From the IMG/VR virus record IMGVR_UViG_3300025122_005335, positions 1 to 64,000 of that record: 64,000 bases of DNA; one strand, given 5' to 3'. Under the pieces are notes generated by a model that was not told the DNA's origin, ran no database searches, and was given only the letters and a program-made list of their open reading frames with translations. Source of the DNA: a virus. This document shows positions 62,988 through 64,000 of this stretch, piece after piece (the first letter of the stretch is position 1; the number at the start of each line of letters is the position of its first letter). A program made the translations under genes and the position numbers.

Positions 62988-64000
62988 TGAAATTTGAACA
63001 CGAATTAATATTTGAAAAATATACTAATAGGGTATTAGTTAATGAAGGTGGTGCTGCCGGCCACATGTTACACCCTTTTGACTTACCTGATGTAACTTCA
63101 GGTGATACGTTGATAGACAAATTTAAAGAAACTGTTCGTATTTTAGATGATGTCGGTGGTTCAATAAAAATAGATGGTACTAACGTAAGCTTTAAATTAG
63201 TAACGGGGGACAATGGCGTTAAACAATTTGCTTTAGACAGAGGTTCCATGTCCGAGTTAGATGTAAATGGTGTAACAATAGAAAAGTTACCAGAGCGTTT
63301 TCTCCCTCAAGGTGGTACACCACATGGCATGGTTGCTGCAGGTAGAACGTTGTTAACTATTATGAACCAGTCATTACCGTATATAAGTGATGAATTAAGA
63401 AAGTTAGGATTATGGGAAGACCCTACAAAGTTTATTAATGCTGAATTTGTACAAGGCACTACTAATGTAGTTGAGTATGATAAAGACTTTTTAGCATTTC
63501 ATGGTATAAATCAATTTTTAGAAAAACACAATCGTCAAGGGGAATTAGTTCGTCCTGGTTTGGAAAGGGAACAAATTGTAGACCCTGTTACAGGTCAAGT
63601 AAAATTAGAAAAGGGGGGCTCTAAAGCTGTACCTTATAGTCAAGAAGCTTTAGATCAATTAGCTGAGCAAGTTAAACCAATAGCAAAAAATTATAATTTT
63701 GAGATTCTTACAAAAGCAACAGTAAAGAAAAAAGGTCACCCCAACTTTAATACCCCTTTAAGTCAAAACGTATCAATAAAAATTTCGGATAAAGAAGAAG
63801 AAACCGACCCTACAACAGGCGAAACAAGAATAATAACGAATGAAGAAGTTATAACCCAGCCTTTAAGAAAGTGGTTAGATAGTGCTGTTAACCCTAGAGA
63901 TTATATGCTTACTACTACAAGTGGTAGAAAAGAAAGAGCAGTAGGTAAGACAAATTATTTAGATGTTATTGATAGTGTTACGACCGGTAAACCACTAAAC
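62987..64000 (+). CDS. GGAAGHMxHPFD-family protein with a KxDG ligase-like motif, truncated by window edge
   Basis: ATG overlaps the previous TGA; MKFEHELIFEKY...NEGGAAGHMLHPFD...SIKIDGTN; open to the end of the window. Confidence 0.7.
   Translation, partial: MKFEHELIFEKYTNRVLVNEGGAAGHMLHPFDLPDVTSGDTLIDKFKETVRILDDVGGSIKIDGTNVSFKLVTGDNGVKQFALDRGSMSELDVNGVTIEKLPERFLPQGGTPHGMVAAGRTLLTIMNQSLPYISDELRKLGLWEDPTKFINAEFVQGTTNVVEYDKDFLAFHGINQFLEKHNRQGELVRPGLEREQIVDPVTGQVKLEKGGSKAVPYSQEALDQLAEQVKPIAKNYNFEILTKATVKKKGHPNFNTPLSQNVSIKISDKEEETDPTTGETRIITNEEVITQPLRKWLDSAVNPRDYMLTTTSGRKERAVGKTNYLDVIDSVTTGKPLN

Noticed and set aside
1-64000. CRISPR array, integrase, transposase, intron or intein
   Set aside because: No regularly spaced repeats seen; gp43, gp41, gp17 and nrdJ are uninterrupted and of ordinary length.

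Overview
This window is a fragment of a large, AT-rich, T4-like (myovirus) phage genome. It holds T4-type replication and recombination genes (gp43, gp41, gp61, gp45, gp32, gp59-like, uvsX/W/Y, gp46/47, a 5'-3' exonuclease), the late sigma factor gp55 and structural genes (gp17, gp18, gp19, gp3, gp14, gp54- and gp26-like). It also has a class II ribonucleotide reductase, Hsp20, tRNA-Arg(UCU), tRNA-Leu(UAA) and about 20 sugar-nucleotide, glycosyltransferase or methyltransferase genes. Main points of interest: (1) A 7-deazaguanine module (queD overlapping the polymerase, a QueC lacking three of four Zn-ligand cysteines, and a stand-alone class II amidotransferase) sits with a carbamoyltransferase and methyltransferases inside the gp43-uvsX-gp41 core; no DpdA, FolE or QueE is visible in the window. 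(2) Most genes appear leaderless: TTGA-N16-TATAAT or (TA)TAAATA lies 5-9 nt before the start codon with no Shine-Dalgarno site. The few leadered genes (gp32, nrdJ, hsp20) carry structured leaders. (3) A discrete late-promoter hairpin RNA of about 80 nt encodes an 18-aa hydrophobic peptide. (4) A stand-alone Xre/MbcA/ParS antitoxin C-terminal domain is present. (5) A family of late proteins shares N-terminal tags, and one contains a nested gene. All assignments come from motif recognition by eye; no database searches were run.
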